From positions 1,426,001 through 1,490,000 of the forward strand of contig PS015009.1 of the NCBI GenBank assembly GCA_048213135.1: a stretch of DNA of 64,000 nucleotides, given 5' to 3'. The translations under genes and the position numbers were made by a program. Origin of the DNA: Reclinomonas americana ATCC 50394. Lineage: Eukaryota. Below the pieces are notes generated by a model. It was not told where the DNA came from and made no database searches. It saw only the letters and a list, made by a program, of their open reading frames with translations. Below, piece by piece: positions 28,667-38,333 of this stretch (position 1 is the first letter of the stretch; every line of letters begins with the position of its first letter).

Positions 28667-29464
28667 ATGAAATATGCTTATGTACTGATTGTCATGGGCT
28701 TGATGGCCTGTGCCGACCTGCAGGCGCAACCCGGTCAAAAGCGGGCTTCGCACTCCACCCTGGGCAGGAAACGCAATAACCTGCCGCCTTCCCAATATAA
28801 AATAGCGCAGTTCGACGGCCGCTGGCAGGAAGTGAGCCGCCAGGGCAGCAAGGACAAACAACCCGTGAGTGTTACCGATACCATGTACCTCAACTTCCTC
28901 AGCAACGGCACGGTTGAAGTAACGGAGGGGAAATCGGCCACCATTACCGGCGGTACAACCATTGAGCCCGGCGATTACCTGAACACCTCGGTCAATGATT
29001 ACAAGATCATTTCTATATCGTCCAACGAAATGGTGCTCGACGACCTGAACGGATCACTGCGCCGTTTTGAAAAAAGACAAGCCTTCGCGTTTGAGAACCC
29101 CGCTACTTATAATCATACCATTGGCGATACCAGTGCCGGTAAAATAGAAATAACGGCTGCCAATATGATCCGCAACTGGTTCGTATACCGCAGGGGTGCC
29201 AATCCGGGCGCTGTTGCCAATAGCACACCGGTGATCCGCAACCTGAAATTATCGAAAGAACAGGGAGGTGTTTATAATGGCGAGATCGAGTTTGCCATTT
29301 CCGGTAAAGTAATTACCGAGCCGTGCACGTTCAGTGTTTCGGGTAATGACGTAACCATTAAAGCGACCACGCAAAACTGGAATACTAAAATATACAAGGC
29401 CGATGGTAAGGAAATGATGCTGGGGAAGAAAGGGGAACTGGTATATTATTTAAAACCGTTCTGA
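28667..29464 (+). CDS. Hypothetical secreted protein (two lipocalin-like beta domains)
   Basis: Signal peptide; 'FDGRW' and 'IRNW' starts; repeated 'NEMVL'/'KEMML' ends. Confidence 0.6.
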   Translation: MKYAYVLIVMGLMACADLQAQPGQKRASHSTLGRKRNNLPPSQYKIAQFDGRWQEVSRQGSKDKQPVSVTDTMYLNFLSNGTVEVTEGKSATITGGTTIEPGDYLNTSVNDYKIISISSNEMVLDDLNGSLRRFEKRQAFAFENPATYNHTIGDTSAGKIEITAANMIRNWFVYRRGANPGAVANSTPVIRNLKLSKEQGGVYNGEIEFAISGKVITEPCTFSVSGNDVTIKATTQNWNTKIYKADGKEMMLGKKGELVYYLKPF

Positions 29465-29476
29465 AAATCCGGATAT

Positions 29477-29551
29477 GAGTATCAGGTATTAAGTATCAAG
29501 ATAGTTGTCCTCATAGCAGGCTCCTGATACTTAATACTCGATACTTACTAC
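29477..29551. repeat. REP/MITE-like palindromic element, copy 2
   Basis: gagtatcaggtattaagtatcaaga...tcctgatacttaatactcgatac; between convergent genes. Confidence 0.65.
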
Positions 29552-29561
29552 TAATTCTATC

Positions 29562-31913
29562 TTATTCAATAATCCTCAGCTTCGCATAATTCAGCATAAT
29601 CTTCTTCTCGCCGTTTTGTTCAAACTTAACCGTGGCGATGGGGTTGTGCGCTGCGCCTTCCATTTTGATCACTTCGCCAAAACCGAATTTCTGGTGCTCC
29701 ACTTTCTGGCCGGCCTGCAGGTTGGACGTGTCGCTTGGTGTAAAGTCGGCACTGGGTGTATGCTCTACTGTTTTAGGGTTAGGCTTGGGTGTGCTGTAAG
29801 ACGGTGTACTGCTTTTACCCGGAGGTGCGCCATATTGTCTTTCGGCCTGGAAGGCGGGTTTATTGCCACCAAAGCCTCTTTGCATTCGTTCAAACGCGGT
29901 GCCGGTATTCCAGCCGTTGAGTGTGTTGCGGGAGTTGCCCCCGGCATAGCTGCGGTCGAGGTACTGTTCGGGGATCTCTTCCAGGAAACGGCTGGGATCA
30001 TTTTGCTGCAGCTGTCCGAAACGGTAACGGGCATTTGAAAAACTCAGCCACAACCTTTGCTTGGCACGGGTGATGGCCACATAAAAAAGCCGGCGTTCTT
30101 CTTCCAGCTCTTCCCGGGTATTGATGCTCATGGCATTGGGGAAAAGCGTTTCTTCCAAACCACCGATGAACACTACCGGGAACTCCAGTCCTTTCGCTGC
30201 ATGTATGGTCATCAGTTTTACCACATCAGGGTTCTGATCTTTATCATCGTCGGCATCGGTGAGCAGGGTGATCTGTTGCAGGTAGCCACCCAGGGTTTTA
30301 TCGCCTACTTCACCGTCTTCCTCGTTCATGGGTGTTTCGGTGAATTCCTTGATGGAGTTGAGCAATTCCTGTACGTTCTCGTAACGGGCCAGGCCTTCGG
30401 TGGTTTTATCGCTGAAGAGTTCTTTAACCAAAGTGGTGTTCTTACCTACCAGCACGGCCAGGTCGTAGGCGTTCTTTTTATCCAGCTCGCTCTGGAACAT
30501 CTTTACCATAATAACGAAGTTGTCGATGGTTTCGAGTGTGCCACTTCGGAAGCCGTACATGGATGCGTTGCAGAGAATATCCCATAAGGTGAGGTTGTTC
30601 TCATTGGCCAGCAGTACCGCTTTATCGAGCGTGGTTTTGCCGATGCCCCTTGCGGGATAGTTGATGATGCGTTTCAGCGCTTCTTCATCTTTTGGGTTCA
30701 CCACAATACGCAGGTAAGCGATCATATCCTTTACTTCCTTTCGCTGGTAAAAACTCATACCGCCGTAAATGCGGTAAGCAATACCCATGCGGCGAAGCGC
30801 CTCTTCAAAAGAACGGCTTTGCGCATTGGTGCGGTAGAGAATAGCAAAGTCTTTGTTGTAATAATGATTGCGCAACTTCTGTTCCTGTATGGTGTCGGCC
30901 GTCATTTTGCCTTCATCATTGTCGGTCATGGTGCGCACGAGCCTTATCTTTTCGCCTTCCTCATTATCGGTGAACAGTTTTTTATCGATCTGCCCTTTGT
31001 TGTTGGCGATAACCTCATTGGCAATGGTGAGTATGCTTTTAGTGCTGCGGTAGTTCTGCTCCAGCTTTACCACTTTCACATCATCATAGTCGCGTTCAAA
31101 CTGCAGGATGTTCTCTATCGTAGCGCCGCGGAAACTGTAAATACTCTGCGCATCATCGCCCACCACGCATACATTCTCGTGCATGGCGCCGAGCAGTTTG
31201 ATGATCTCGTACTGGGCAGTATTGGTATCCTGGTACTCATCGATCATAATGTATTTAAACTTATGCTGGTATTTGCTTAAACTGTCGGCATTGTTCTTCA
31301 GCAGTATGTACATCTTGAACAACAGGTCGTCAAAATCCATGGCGCCGTTTTTGAAACAGCGTTCGGCGTAGGCTTTGTAAATATTTCCCAGCATGGGCCT
31401 GTTTGCCCGGCTGTCTTCCTGCTGCAGTGCCCAGTCGTTAATGTATTCTGCCGGGCCCACCAACGCGTTCTTGGCCGCTGAAATGCGGTTGTATACTACG
31501 TTGGGCTTGTATTGCTTATCGTCGAGGTTCAGTTCATTGATCACCGTTTTTACCACGCTTTTGGCATCGTCGGTATCATAAATGGTAAAGTTGTTGGGGT
31601 AGCCGATCTTACCTGCTTCTGCACGCAGGATACGGGCAAACACACTGTGAAAAGTTCCGATGTATAAATTGCGGGCTTCGGTGCCGCCGAGTATTTTTTC
31701 AATACGTTCTTTCATTTCGGCGGCCGCCTTGTTGGTGAAGGTCAGCGCCAGTATATTGAAAGCGTCCACACCATTGGCCATCAGGTGGGCGATGCGTGTG
31801 GTGATCACTTTGGTTTTACCGCTTCCCGCGCCGGCAATGATCATCAAAGGGCCGTTGATATGCATAACCGCTTCCCGCTGCCGTTCATTCAGTTCATCTA
31901 AATAATTCCTCAT
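29562..31913 (-). CDS. pcrA: UvrD/PcrA superfamily I DNA helicase
   Basis: AGAGSGKT, TFTNKAA, DEYQD, VGDDAQSIYSFRGA, QNYRS, HAAKGLEF, YVAITRA, C-terminal HQKFGFG. Confidence 0.95.
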   Translation of the reverse strand: MRNYLDELNERQREAVMHINGPLMIIAGAGSGKTKVITTRIAHLMANGVDAFNILALTFTNKAAAEMKERIEKILGGTEARNLYIGTFHSVFARILRAEAGKIGYPNNFTIYDTDDAKSVVKTVINELNLDDKQYKPNVVYNRISAAKNALVGPAEYINDWALQQEDSRANRPMLGNIYKAYAERCFKNGAMDFDDLLFKMYILLKNNADSLSKYQHKFKYIMIDEYQDTNTAQYEIIKLLGAMHENVCVVGDDAQSIYSFRGATIENILQFERDYDDVKVVKLEQNYRSTKSILTIANEVIANNKGQIDKKLFTDNEEGEKIRLVRTMTDNDEGKMTADTIQEQKLRNHYYNKDFAILYRTNAQSRSFEEALRRMGIAYRIYGGMSFYQRKEVKDMIAYLRIVVNPKDEEALKRIINYPARGIGKTTLDKAVLLANENNLTLWDILCNASMYGFRSGTLETIDNFVIMVKMFQSELDKKNAYDLAVLVGKNTTLVKELFSDKTTEGLARYENVQELLNSIKEFTETPMNEEDGEVGDKTLGGYLQQITLLTDADDDKDQNPDVVKLMTIHAAKGLEFPVVFIGGLEETLFPNAMSINTREELEEERRLFYVAITRAKQRLWLSFSNARYRFGQLQQNDPSRFLEEIPEQYLDRSYAGGNSRNTLNGWNTGTAFERMQRGFGGNKPAFQAERQYGAPPGKSSTPSYSTPKPNPKTVEHTPSADFTPSDTSNLQAGQKVEHQKFGFGEVIKMEGAAHNPIATVKFEQNGEKKIMLNYAKLRIIE

Positions 31914-31986
31914 GCGGCGAAGTTACGAAGAGTGATCCTGTGCCCGGTGGCTGTGGGGAAATATCTTGCCAAAAATGAGAAAAGGA

Positions 31987-33384
31987 TCAGAAACCCGGCA
32001 CGTTGGCGCATCCACCCATAGCGGCGATCTTGGTATCCATCCTTGTCCACAAAGTGAGCGCCTCCAGCTGGGCTACGGTGTACACATTCTTCAAGTTGTC
32101 GAACACCTTACCGTTGGCATGCGTTTTACCGTTGGCCTTATCTTCACAATACCGCTTCAGTAAATAATTGGGCAGGTAAACCACCGCCTGTTCAACCACA
32201 TTCCGGCCAATATTGTTCAGGTGATCGTCGCCTGCGGGTTCAAACCAATTGTTGAACGTGGTCTGGTCAATCAGCAATTTGGCATTTGGCATATCCGGCG
32301 ATGTACTGCTCATGGCATTATAAGGGTCATCGCCATGCGACATATAATATGACGAGCCGGTATAAAAATGCGGTATCGCATGTATTTTTCCCTGTCCGCC
32401 TCTTTGTTCCAGTGTAACGGCAATGTTAAGTGTACGCAGCGCTATTCTCAAAAAACCCGTGGTACCCCAGCAACCGGCTGTGCGGTGCTGCAATATGGAG
32501 TTGGGACTGTCGGCCAGCTTGGTACCGCTGATGATGTATTCTGCCGGGGGCGAACCGTAATACTGCCATTGATTGTACACATTGGCGGCATCAAGCCCCC
32601 CGCTGAAATGAGCGAGTTGCCGGCACCAGCCCACCAGGTTCACTACCGTATCGAAGCGGTTGCTGCCGATGAGGTTGTTGTCTTTCAAAAAAGTATAAAT
32701 GCGGTTAGGATCACCGGGTGTACAGTTGCCCAGTTCGAGGGGAATGGAATAAGCATTGAATACCGGCGTCCATCGGAACAGGTTGCGGCTGTCGAATAAC
32801 AGGGTCAGTTGTTCAACACCATAGGTGAGCAGGCTCCAGTTCAGTCGCACATCCCCTTCCATTACGAGCGACTGCGCCACATAAGCAATGTAATATTTCC
32901 AGGCACTGGCCGGGCTGAGGCGGGTAGAGGCATTCTCTGCCGGCCCGGGTGTGGACGACATTACCGGCGCTGCTTCCAACCCCGGCGACTGGTAACCGAG
33001 AATGAGTTTATACATGGCGGCCAGTTCATTTTTCTGTGTGGCTGTCCAGTTTTTGTAATTCACGATGCTGCCATCGGTGTTTTGCCAGTTGATCGTATCG
33101 CGGATCGAAACGCGGGTGCTGAGCCAGTTCTCCAGCGAGAACGGGGGTGCCAGCGTTCCGCCTTCCCCTTCACCGGCTGGTTCAAAACTGGTATATAAAC
33201 GTTTTTTGTCAGCATCATACTCTATCGGTGTTTCATTGCGCAGCAGGTCAACAATATAATCTGCTTCCGCCTGCGGCAATCCCAGGAGGGAGTCTGCGCC
33301 ACCGGCGGTATAGTATAGTGCGATATCAGCGGTGCCGTTTACGTTTTTAAAAACGGCGTACTGGTTAACAGATTTGCGGGCCAT
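31987..33384 (-). CDS. Hypothetical protein: N-terminal 74-aa 'LRNExP' module plus transglutaminase/papain-like core
   Basis: Residues 1-74 align without gaps to the upstream small ORF. 'AGCWGTTGFLRIALRTLNI...HAIPHF...HGDDPY' fits a Cys-His-Asp triad. Confidence 0.7.
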   Translation of the reverse strand: MARKSVNQYAVFKNVNGTADIALYYTAGGADSLLGLPQAEADYIVDLLRNETPIEYDADKKRLYTSFEPAGEGEGGTLAPPFSLENWLSTRVSIRDTINWQNTDGSIVNYKNWTATQKNELAAMYKLILGYQSPGLEAAPVMSSTPGPAENASTRLSPASAWKYYIAYVAQSLVMEGDVRLNWSLLTYGVEQLTLLFDSRNLFRWTPVFNAYSIPLELGNCTPGDPNRIYTFLKDNNLIGSNRFDTVVNLVGWCRQLAHFSGGLDAANVYNQWQYYGSPPAEYIISGTKLADSPNSILQHRTAGCWGTTGFLRIALRTLNIAVTLEQRGGQGKIHAIPHFYTGSSYYMSHGDDPYNAMSSTSPDMPNAKLLIDQTTFNNWFEPAGDDHLNNIGRNVVEQAVVYLPNYLLKRYCEDKANGKTHANGKVFDNLKNVYTVAQLEALTLWTRMDTKIAAMGGCANVPGF

Positions 33385-33399
33385 AGTTTAGTTTTGATG

Positions 33400-33624
33400 T
33401 TATTCCCCGTCGCCAACGTTTTCAAATGAGGTGGACAGGCGTTTCAGTGCCACATCATAATACACCGGCTTTTCATTGCGCAGGATATCGATAAGGTAAG
33501 CCGCTTCGGTAAAAGGAATGCTGAGTATGGGATCTGCGCCGCCACCATCGTAGTATATGGCGATGTCAGACGTACCGCCTACATTGTGGAACACCGCGTA
33601 CTGGATAACTAATTTTTTTGCCAT
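33400..33624 (-). CDS. 74-aa standalone 'LRNEKP...GDGE' protein
   Basis: 45/74 identical by hand count to the N-terminus of the next gene; 15-nt intergenic gap. Confidence 0.85.
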   Translation of the reverse strand: MAKKLVIQYAVFHNVGGTSDIAIYYDGGGADPILSIPFTEAAYLIDILRNEKPVYYDVALKRLSTSFENVGDGE

Positions 33625-33743
33625 AAGGGATTTATTTGGGGGCGAAAATAATACGCTCTGCCGTTGCCTGCAATGGCCTGTTAGTGGTATTGCTGTTGCT
33701 TCTGCACCGGAATCAGTATATTAGTATACCAAAACGCACCCTT

Positions 33744-35297
33744 ATGCCTTTCTTCGATTTTCACTGTCACCCCGGGCTTAAACCGCAGTTCTCCGACCCG
33801 GCTACCAAGCCTTCGCCCTGGGATAACATCAGCGCCAGGCTGGCGGTGTTCAACAGCATACAGATCAGCATTAATGCCCTGTTCAATGAAGTGCTCAACT
33901 CGCAGAGTTCCTTATCACAACTGGTGGGCGCCGATGTAAAGCTGATTGGGTTGATCCTGCATGCGCCGGAACAAAAAATCGGGCAGGTGCTGGGTGAAAA
34001 AAAGATCGTGAATAAAGGGAAGGTGAACCTCATCAACAAAAAACAACTGGCTTACCTGTCATCGGGGGTACACAGTTTTGAGCTCATTAATGCCGAACTG
34101 GACTGGCTGCTTACAAGCGTGCCGCCACCGGGGATGGCCGGAGCTTCGCTTAAACTTCTGAATCATCCTTCGGATTTTAAAGAGAACAGTCCTTCAACCG
34201 TGTATGGTATGATCATCGTGGAAGGGCTCCATTGCTTTTTTTCCGATCCGAATGATGTTAACGCGAAAACGATTTTCACACAAAACTTCATCCAGTTCAC
34301 CGCCGCACACAAGGTAATGGCGATCAACATTTGCCATATGCAGCAGAATCCTTTCTGCAACCATGCGCATGGCATACAGTTCTTCAATCCCGGATATTTT
34401 TATCCCACACGCAAAGGCATCAGCACCTGGGGAAAGGAAGTGATACAGATGATGCTCGACAGGAAGATACTCACCGATATCAAACACATGAGCCTTTGGG
34501 CAAGATGGGAACTGTACAGCTGGTTCAGGGATGATGATGACGAAACCGTTTTCCTGCAACCCATCATCTGCACTCATGCAGGAACTACCGGGCTGTCCAT
34601 CAAAGACCGGGTAAAATATTTGTATCGCAAGCCCGCAGATAAAGGACTGGTATATGAAGTGACTTACCTGAAGCCCCGCAGCCGTCATGATGACGAGATC
34701 TTTCACAACTGCAGCAGCATCAATTTATATGATGAGGATATTGAGCAGATCCTGTTATCGGGCGGTATCATCGGCCTTTCATTCGACCAGCGCATATTGG
34801 GTTTTGCCGATGAAAGCGTTATTCCTTCACTCACCGATCCGCATGATGTGGAATACATCAGTCATATGGAAGCTGATTTTTTCCTGGGCCCCAACCCCGC
34901 TGCATTGCAGGTATGGCAGGGGGATGATGAAGTATGGGCCGCCGAAGAACTGGCCAATCTCGATCCTTCTTTGCTGATAGAACGCCACCGCCGTTTTCTC
35001 ATCAACAACATCATACATATTTTATGGGTGGCCAATAAACATCCGAAGATCGGGTTGCAAAAAGCCGCTAAACAAATTTGCCTGGGTACCGACTTCGACG
35101 GGTTGATCAATGCTATTGACTGCTGCAAACAAACCAGCGGGCTGCCCCAACTGAAAACGGCACTGAAAACACCGCTTACCACCGCCCTGTCCCGTGCCGG
35201 GCTGAATATTTCCGCCACCACATTACTGAACGGTATCTTTTATGACAACGGTAAAATCTTCCTCCTCAACAGGTTAGCGCTGATGAGTGGCTCCTGA
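33744..35297 (+). CDS. Amidohydrolase, membrane-dipeptidase (M19)-like, cytoplasmic
   Basis: DFHCH, VEGLH, DIKHMS, ICTHAG, LGTDFDG metal-binding motifs; ATG at 33744. Confidence 0.8.
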   Translation: MPFFDFHCHPGLKPQFSDPATKPSPWDNISARLAVFNSIQISINALFNEVLNSQSSLSQLVGADVKLIGLILHAPEQKIGQVLGEKKIVNKGKVNLINKKQLAYLSSGVHSFELINAELDWLLTSVPPPGMAGASLKLLNHPSDFKENSPSTVYGMIIVEGLHCFFSDPNDVNAKTIFTQNFIQFTAAHKVMAINICHMQQNPFCNHAHGIQFFNPGYFYPTRKGISTWGKEVIQMMLDRKILTDIKHMSLWARWELYSWFRDDDDETVFLQPIICTHAGTTGLSIKDRVKYLYRKPADKGLVYEVTYLKPRSRHDDEIFHNCSSINLYDEDIEQILLSGGIIGLSFDQRILGFADESVIPSLTDPHDVEYISHMEADFFLGPNPAALQVWQGDDEVWAAEELANLDPSLLIERHRRFLINNIIHILWVANKHPKIGLQKAAKQICLGTDFDGLINAIDCCKQTSGLPQLKTALKTPLTTALSRAGLNISATTLLNGIFYDNGKIFLLNRLALMSGS

Positions 35298-35423
35298 TCT
35301 CCCTTCTTTAATCCTGTAGAATTACATCTACAGCAAAACGGCTAATGCTGCTATACTTCGCATTCGGCAAAGTGCAGACTTTTGCGTTAACATTAATCCA
35401 AACATCCCACAAAACAAAACCGT

Positions 35424-36005
35424 ATGAAACACTTGTCAATTTTAACCGACCAGCAATTATTGCAGCGCTACCGTGAAGGAGAAGGAGCCGCCTTTGAAGT
35501 CCTGATCAACCGCCACAAACAAAAGATCTTTACTTCAATTACCCTGCTGGTGAAAGACCGCAACCTGGCAGAAGATATTTTCCAGGAGCTGTTCATCAAG
35601 ATCATTGAAACGATCAGGAACGGGCAGTACCGTGAAGAGAACAAATTTGTATACTGGGCCATGCGCATCGGTCACAACATGTGTGTTGACCATTTCAGGA
35701 AAGTAAAAACCCTGCCAACGATCCGCACCAGCGATGGGGAAGATGTTTTTGAAGCCTTCAATTTCGCAGAGGCGAATGCTGAACAGAAGATCGTGACCAA
35801 AGAAAAACACGCGCTGGTGAACCAACTGGTGAACCTGCTGCCCGAAGAACAAAGAGAAGTGATCATATTGCGTCATTACGCGGGAATGAAATTCAAGGAA
35901 ATTTCAAAAATGATTGGCTGCAGCGTGAACACGTCACTGGGACGTATGCGCTACGGTTTGATCAACCTGAGGAAAATGATTGACGAAAAACAACTGGCTG
36001 TTTAA
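35424..36005 (+). CDS. ECF sigma-70 factor
   Basis: AEDIFQE, LPEEQREV, FKEI, SVNTSLGRMRY. Confidence 0.92.
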   Translation: MKHLSILTDQQLLQRYREGEGAAFEVLINRHKQKIFTSITLLVKDRNLAEDIFQELFIKIIETIRNGQYREENKFVYWAMRIGHNMCVDHFRKVKTLPTIRTSDGEDVFEAFNFAEANAEQKIVTKEKHALVNQLVNLLPEEQREVIILRHYAGMKFKEISKMIGCSVNTSLGRMRYGLINLRKMIDEKQLAV

Positions 36006-36040
36006 GTTGAGTTTAATACAGGACAGTGTATTCCACTAGT

Positions 36041-36075
36041 AACAAACCTCCCCACCCGGAGGTTTTGTTGTTTTT
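36041..36075 (+). terminator. Intrinsic terminator
   Basis: aacaaacctcc-cacc-cggaggttttgtt followed by a T-tract. Confidence 0.65.
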
Positions 36076-36130
36076 ACAGCGTTTATTTTTAACATCGCCC
36101 TTCTTTTATTAATTCCTCTTTTTCGTTTCT

Positions 36131-36763
36131 TTGCTGATGCTTCGCATTTTAATCATATCGCTTATGGTTGCTTCATCCGGCACTGCAAACGCACAGAACG
36201 ACGTTACCGGTGCTTACTATCTTAAAGGTGTAATGGAAACCGCCTCGGGGTTTAAACTCAACGCCGATTCCACGTTCCGGTTCTTTTATTCATCCGGGGC
36301 GCTTGACCGGACCGGCGAAGGTAAATGGGAACGCCGTGGCAATACCATTGTATTCAACAGCCGCCCCTATCCCGGCCACGATTTCAAGCTGCTGAAAAGC
36401 GAACAAAGATCCGGGGACTCCATTACAGTAAAGATCACGGACAGGAACGAACTGCTGACCAGCTTTGTTTATGCGGGCCTCAGGCTGGGGAATGCGCAGC
36501 CCGAGCTGATCAGTGACCGCAAAGGCGCTATCCGGTTCGGCAAACAGGCTTTCGACGCCCTGGTACTGGCGTTTGAATTCTGTCCCGAAAGGCTGACCAT
36601 CATACCCGTTACCGATAAAAGCCTCAACTATTTTGAGCTGGCTTTTGAGGAATGGCTGATGGATGTTTTCTTCAGCAACTTCACGTTGACCATCGAAGGG
36701 AATGACCTGAAAGGCGGACACCCGATGATGACGAAGGGCAATTTTACATACGCAAAAGAGTGA
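36131..36763 (+). CDS. Hypothetical secreted protein
   Basis: Signal peptide ending 'ANAQ'; 'GVMETASGF...FFYSSGALDR.G.G.W'. Confidence 0.7.
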   Translation: MLMLRILIISLMVASSGTANAQNDVTGAYYLKGVMETASGFKLNADSTFRFFYSSGALDRTGEGKWERRGNTIVFNSRPYPGHDFKLLKSEQRSGDSITVKITDRNELLTSFVYAGLRLGNAQPELISDRKGAIRFGKQAFDALVLAFEFCPERLTIIPVTDKSLNYFELAFEEWLMDVFFSNFTLTIEGNDLKGGHPMMTKGNFTYAKE

Positions 36764-36847
36764 CCTTTTTTATTTATCTGCCATACATATAAAAATATTT
36801 TGCCGCATGCTTATCCGTTATATCTTTATCGGTATAAATGAGGAGGA

Positions 36848-37696
36848 TTGCAACACGTAGAATTTTTCCATATCGACCATTTTGAAAACAACTACCACCG
36901 GGTAAAACCATTGCCCGAACTGTCTTCCTTTATCGACTTTTTCTGGGAAACCCGTTTCGACGGACTGCTGCAGCAGCACCCCAAAGGGTTTTCAGATGCA
37001 CTTTTTCCCAATATCGGTTATACATATCTTTTTAACCTGGGTACACCGTTCATCATGGAAGTGGGCGATAAGAAATTCGAGATGAAGACCGATGGTTTCC
37101 TGCCCAGGAACAGGGCGATAGAGTGCTACCACCGCGAGGGTAACCGCCTGTTCGGCATCAAATTCAGGATATCGCCGGTGATCTTTAAAACGAAAGTAAA
37201 CTTTGCAGAGTATAAAGAGTTCATCTACCCGTTAAGTTACCTGATGGAGCAATCGGTGATCGACGAAGCCAAGCAGGCGCCACGTTTCGAGGACCGGGTA
37301 ACTATCCTGAACCGTTATTTTCAATCCATCGTGGAAACCTATGGCGGCTCCCTGGAACCCATACGCATTGTATCCGCCATACTCGATCATTGCGACCGCA
37401 ACAACGATTTTAATACAAGTATAGAAGTGTATGCGGAGCAATACGGTATTTCCGCCCGTACGCTCCACCGCTATTTTGAAACCGCCACCAGCCTCAGCAG
37501 TAAAAAAGCGCTTCAACTGATGCGGATAAGAAAAGCCGCTGCCCACCTGGCTTCCAGCCCGCAGAATTTTCATTACACCACTTACGGTTATTACGACCAC
37601 AGTCATTTCTGTAAACACCTGAAAGCCTTCTTCAAAAAGGAGACCATGCAAAACCTGCAGCCACACCTGGCATTGCTGAGTAAACTTCATAAGTAG
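36848..37696 (+). CDS. AraC-family regulator (DUF6597-like N-domain)
   Basis: 'ISARTLHRYF' HTH and 'GYYDHSHF'. Confidence 0.85.
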   Translation: MQHVEFFHIDHFENNYHRVKPLPELSSFIDFFWETRFDGLLQQHPKGFSDALFPNIGYTYLFNLGTPFIMEVGDKKFEMKTDGFLPRNRAIECYHREGNRLFGIKFRISPVIFKTKVNFAEYKEFIYPLSYLMEQSVIDEAKQAPRFEDRVTILNRYFQSIVETYGGSLEPIRIVSAILDHCDRNNDFNTSIEVYAEQYGISARTLHRYFETATSLSSKKALQLMRIRKAAAHLASSPQNFHYTTYGYYDHSHFCKHLKAFFKKETMQNLQPHLALLSKLHK

Positions 37697-37697
37697 A

Positions 37698-38147
37698 TTT
37701 CACGTAAAAAGAATGAGTAGCAAGTATTGAGTAGCGAGTATCAGGATGAACTTCTCAATACCGGGCAGCCTGTCTCAATACTAACTGCTCGTTCTGTTCT
37801 GTCAGGGTCTCTCGCAGAGGACTCTGGCGCTGGTTTCACGCAAAGAAAATTAGCAACAAGTAGCAAGTACTGAGTAGCAGGACGAACTTATCAATACCAG
37901 ATGGGCCTATCTTGATACTCGCTACTCAGTACTAACTACTCATCGCGTTCCGACGGGGTCTCTCGCAGAGGACCCCGGTGCTGGTTTTACGCAAAGAAAA
38001 TTAGCAACAAGTAGCAAGTACTGAGTAGCAGGACGAACTTATCAATACCAGATGGGCCTATCTTGATACTCGCTACTCAGTACTAACTACTCATCGCGTT
38101 CCGACGGGGTCTCTCGCAGAGGACCCTGGTGCTGGTTTTACGCAAAG
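37698..38147. repeat. Tandem array: two near-identical 151-bp units plus one degenerate ~135-bp unit, each with a heptamer palindrome and a GC hairpin
   Basis: ctggtttYacgcaaag at 37830, 37981, 38132; agtactgagtagc...gctactcagtact arms; ggggtc-tctcgcagag-gacccc hairpin. Confidence 0.9.
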
Positions 38148-38333
38148 GGTGCAAAGGAGCAGAGCCGCAGAATGTATTAAGCAAAAAATGTTATTCCTGC
38201 CCGGAAGCCTTTGTGGTCGGTTGTCTGTCGTCAGTCGTCATTATAACCTTCCTGAAATAACACTGAGTATCCTTTAAAAAAAGCAGGCTGCCATACAGCA
38301 GCCTGTCAACCTTAAGTATGAAACAAAAACAAA

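Noticed and set aside
37698-38147. Possible CRISPR array
   Set aside because: Units are 151 bp and nearly identical along their length; no unique spacers and no cas genes.
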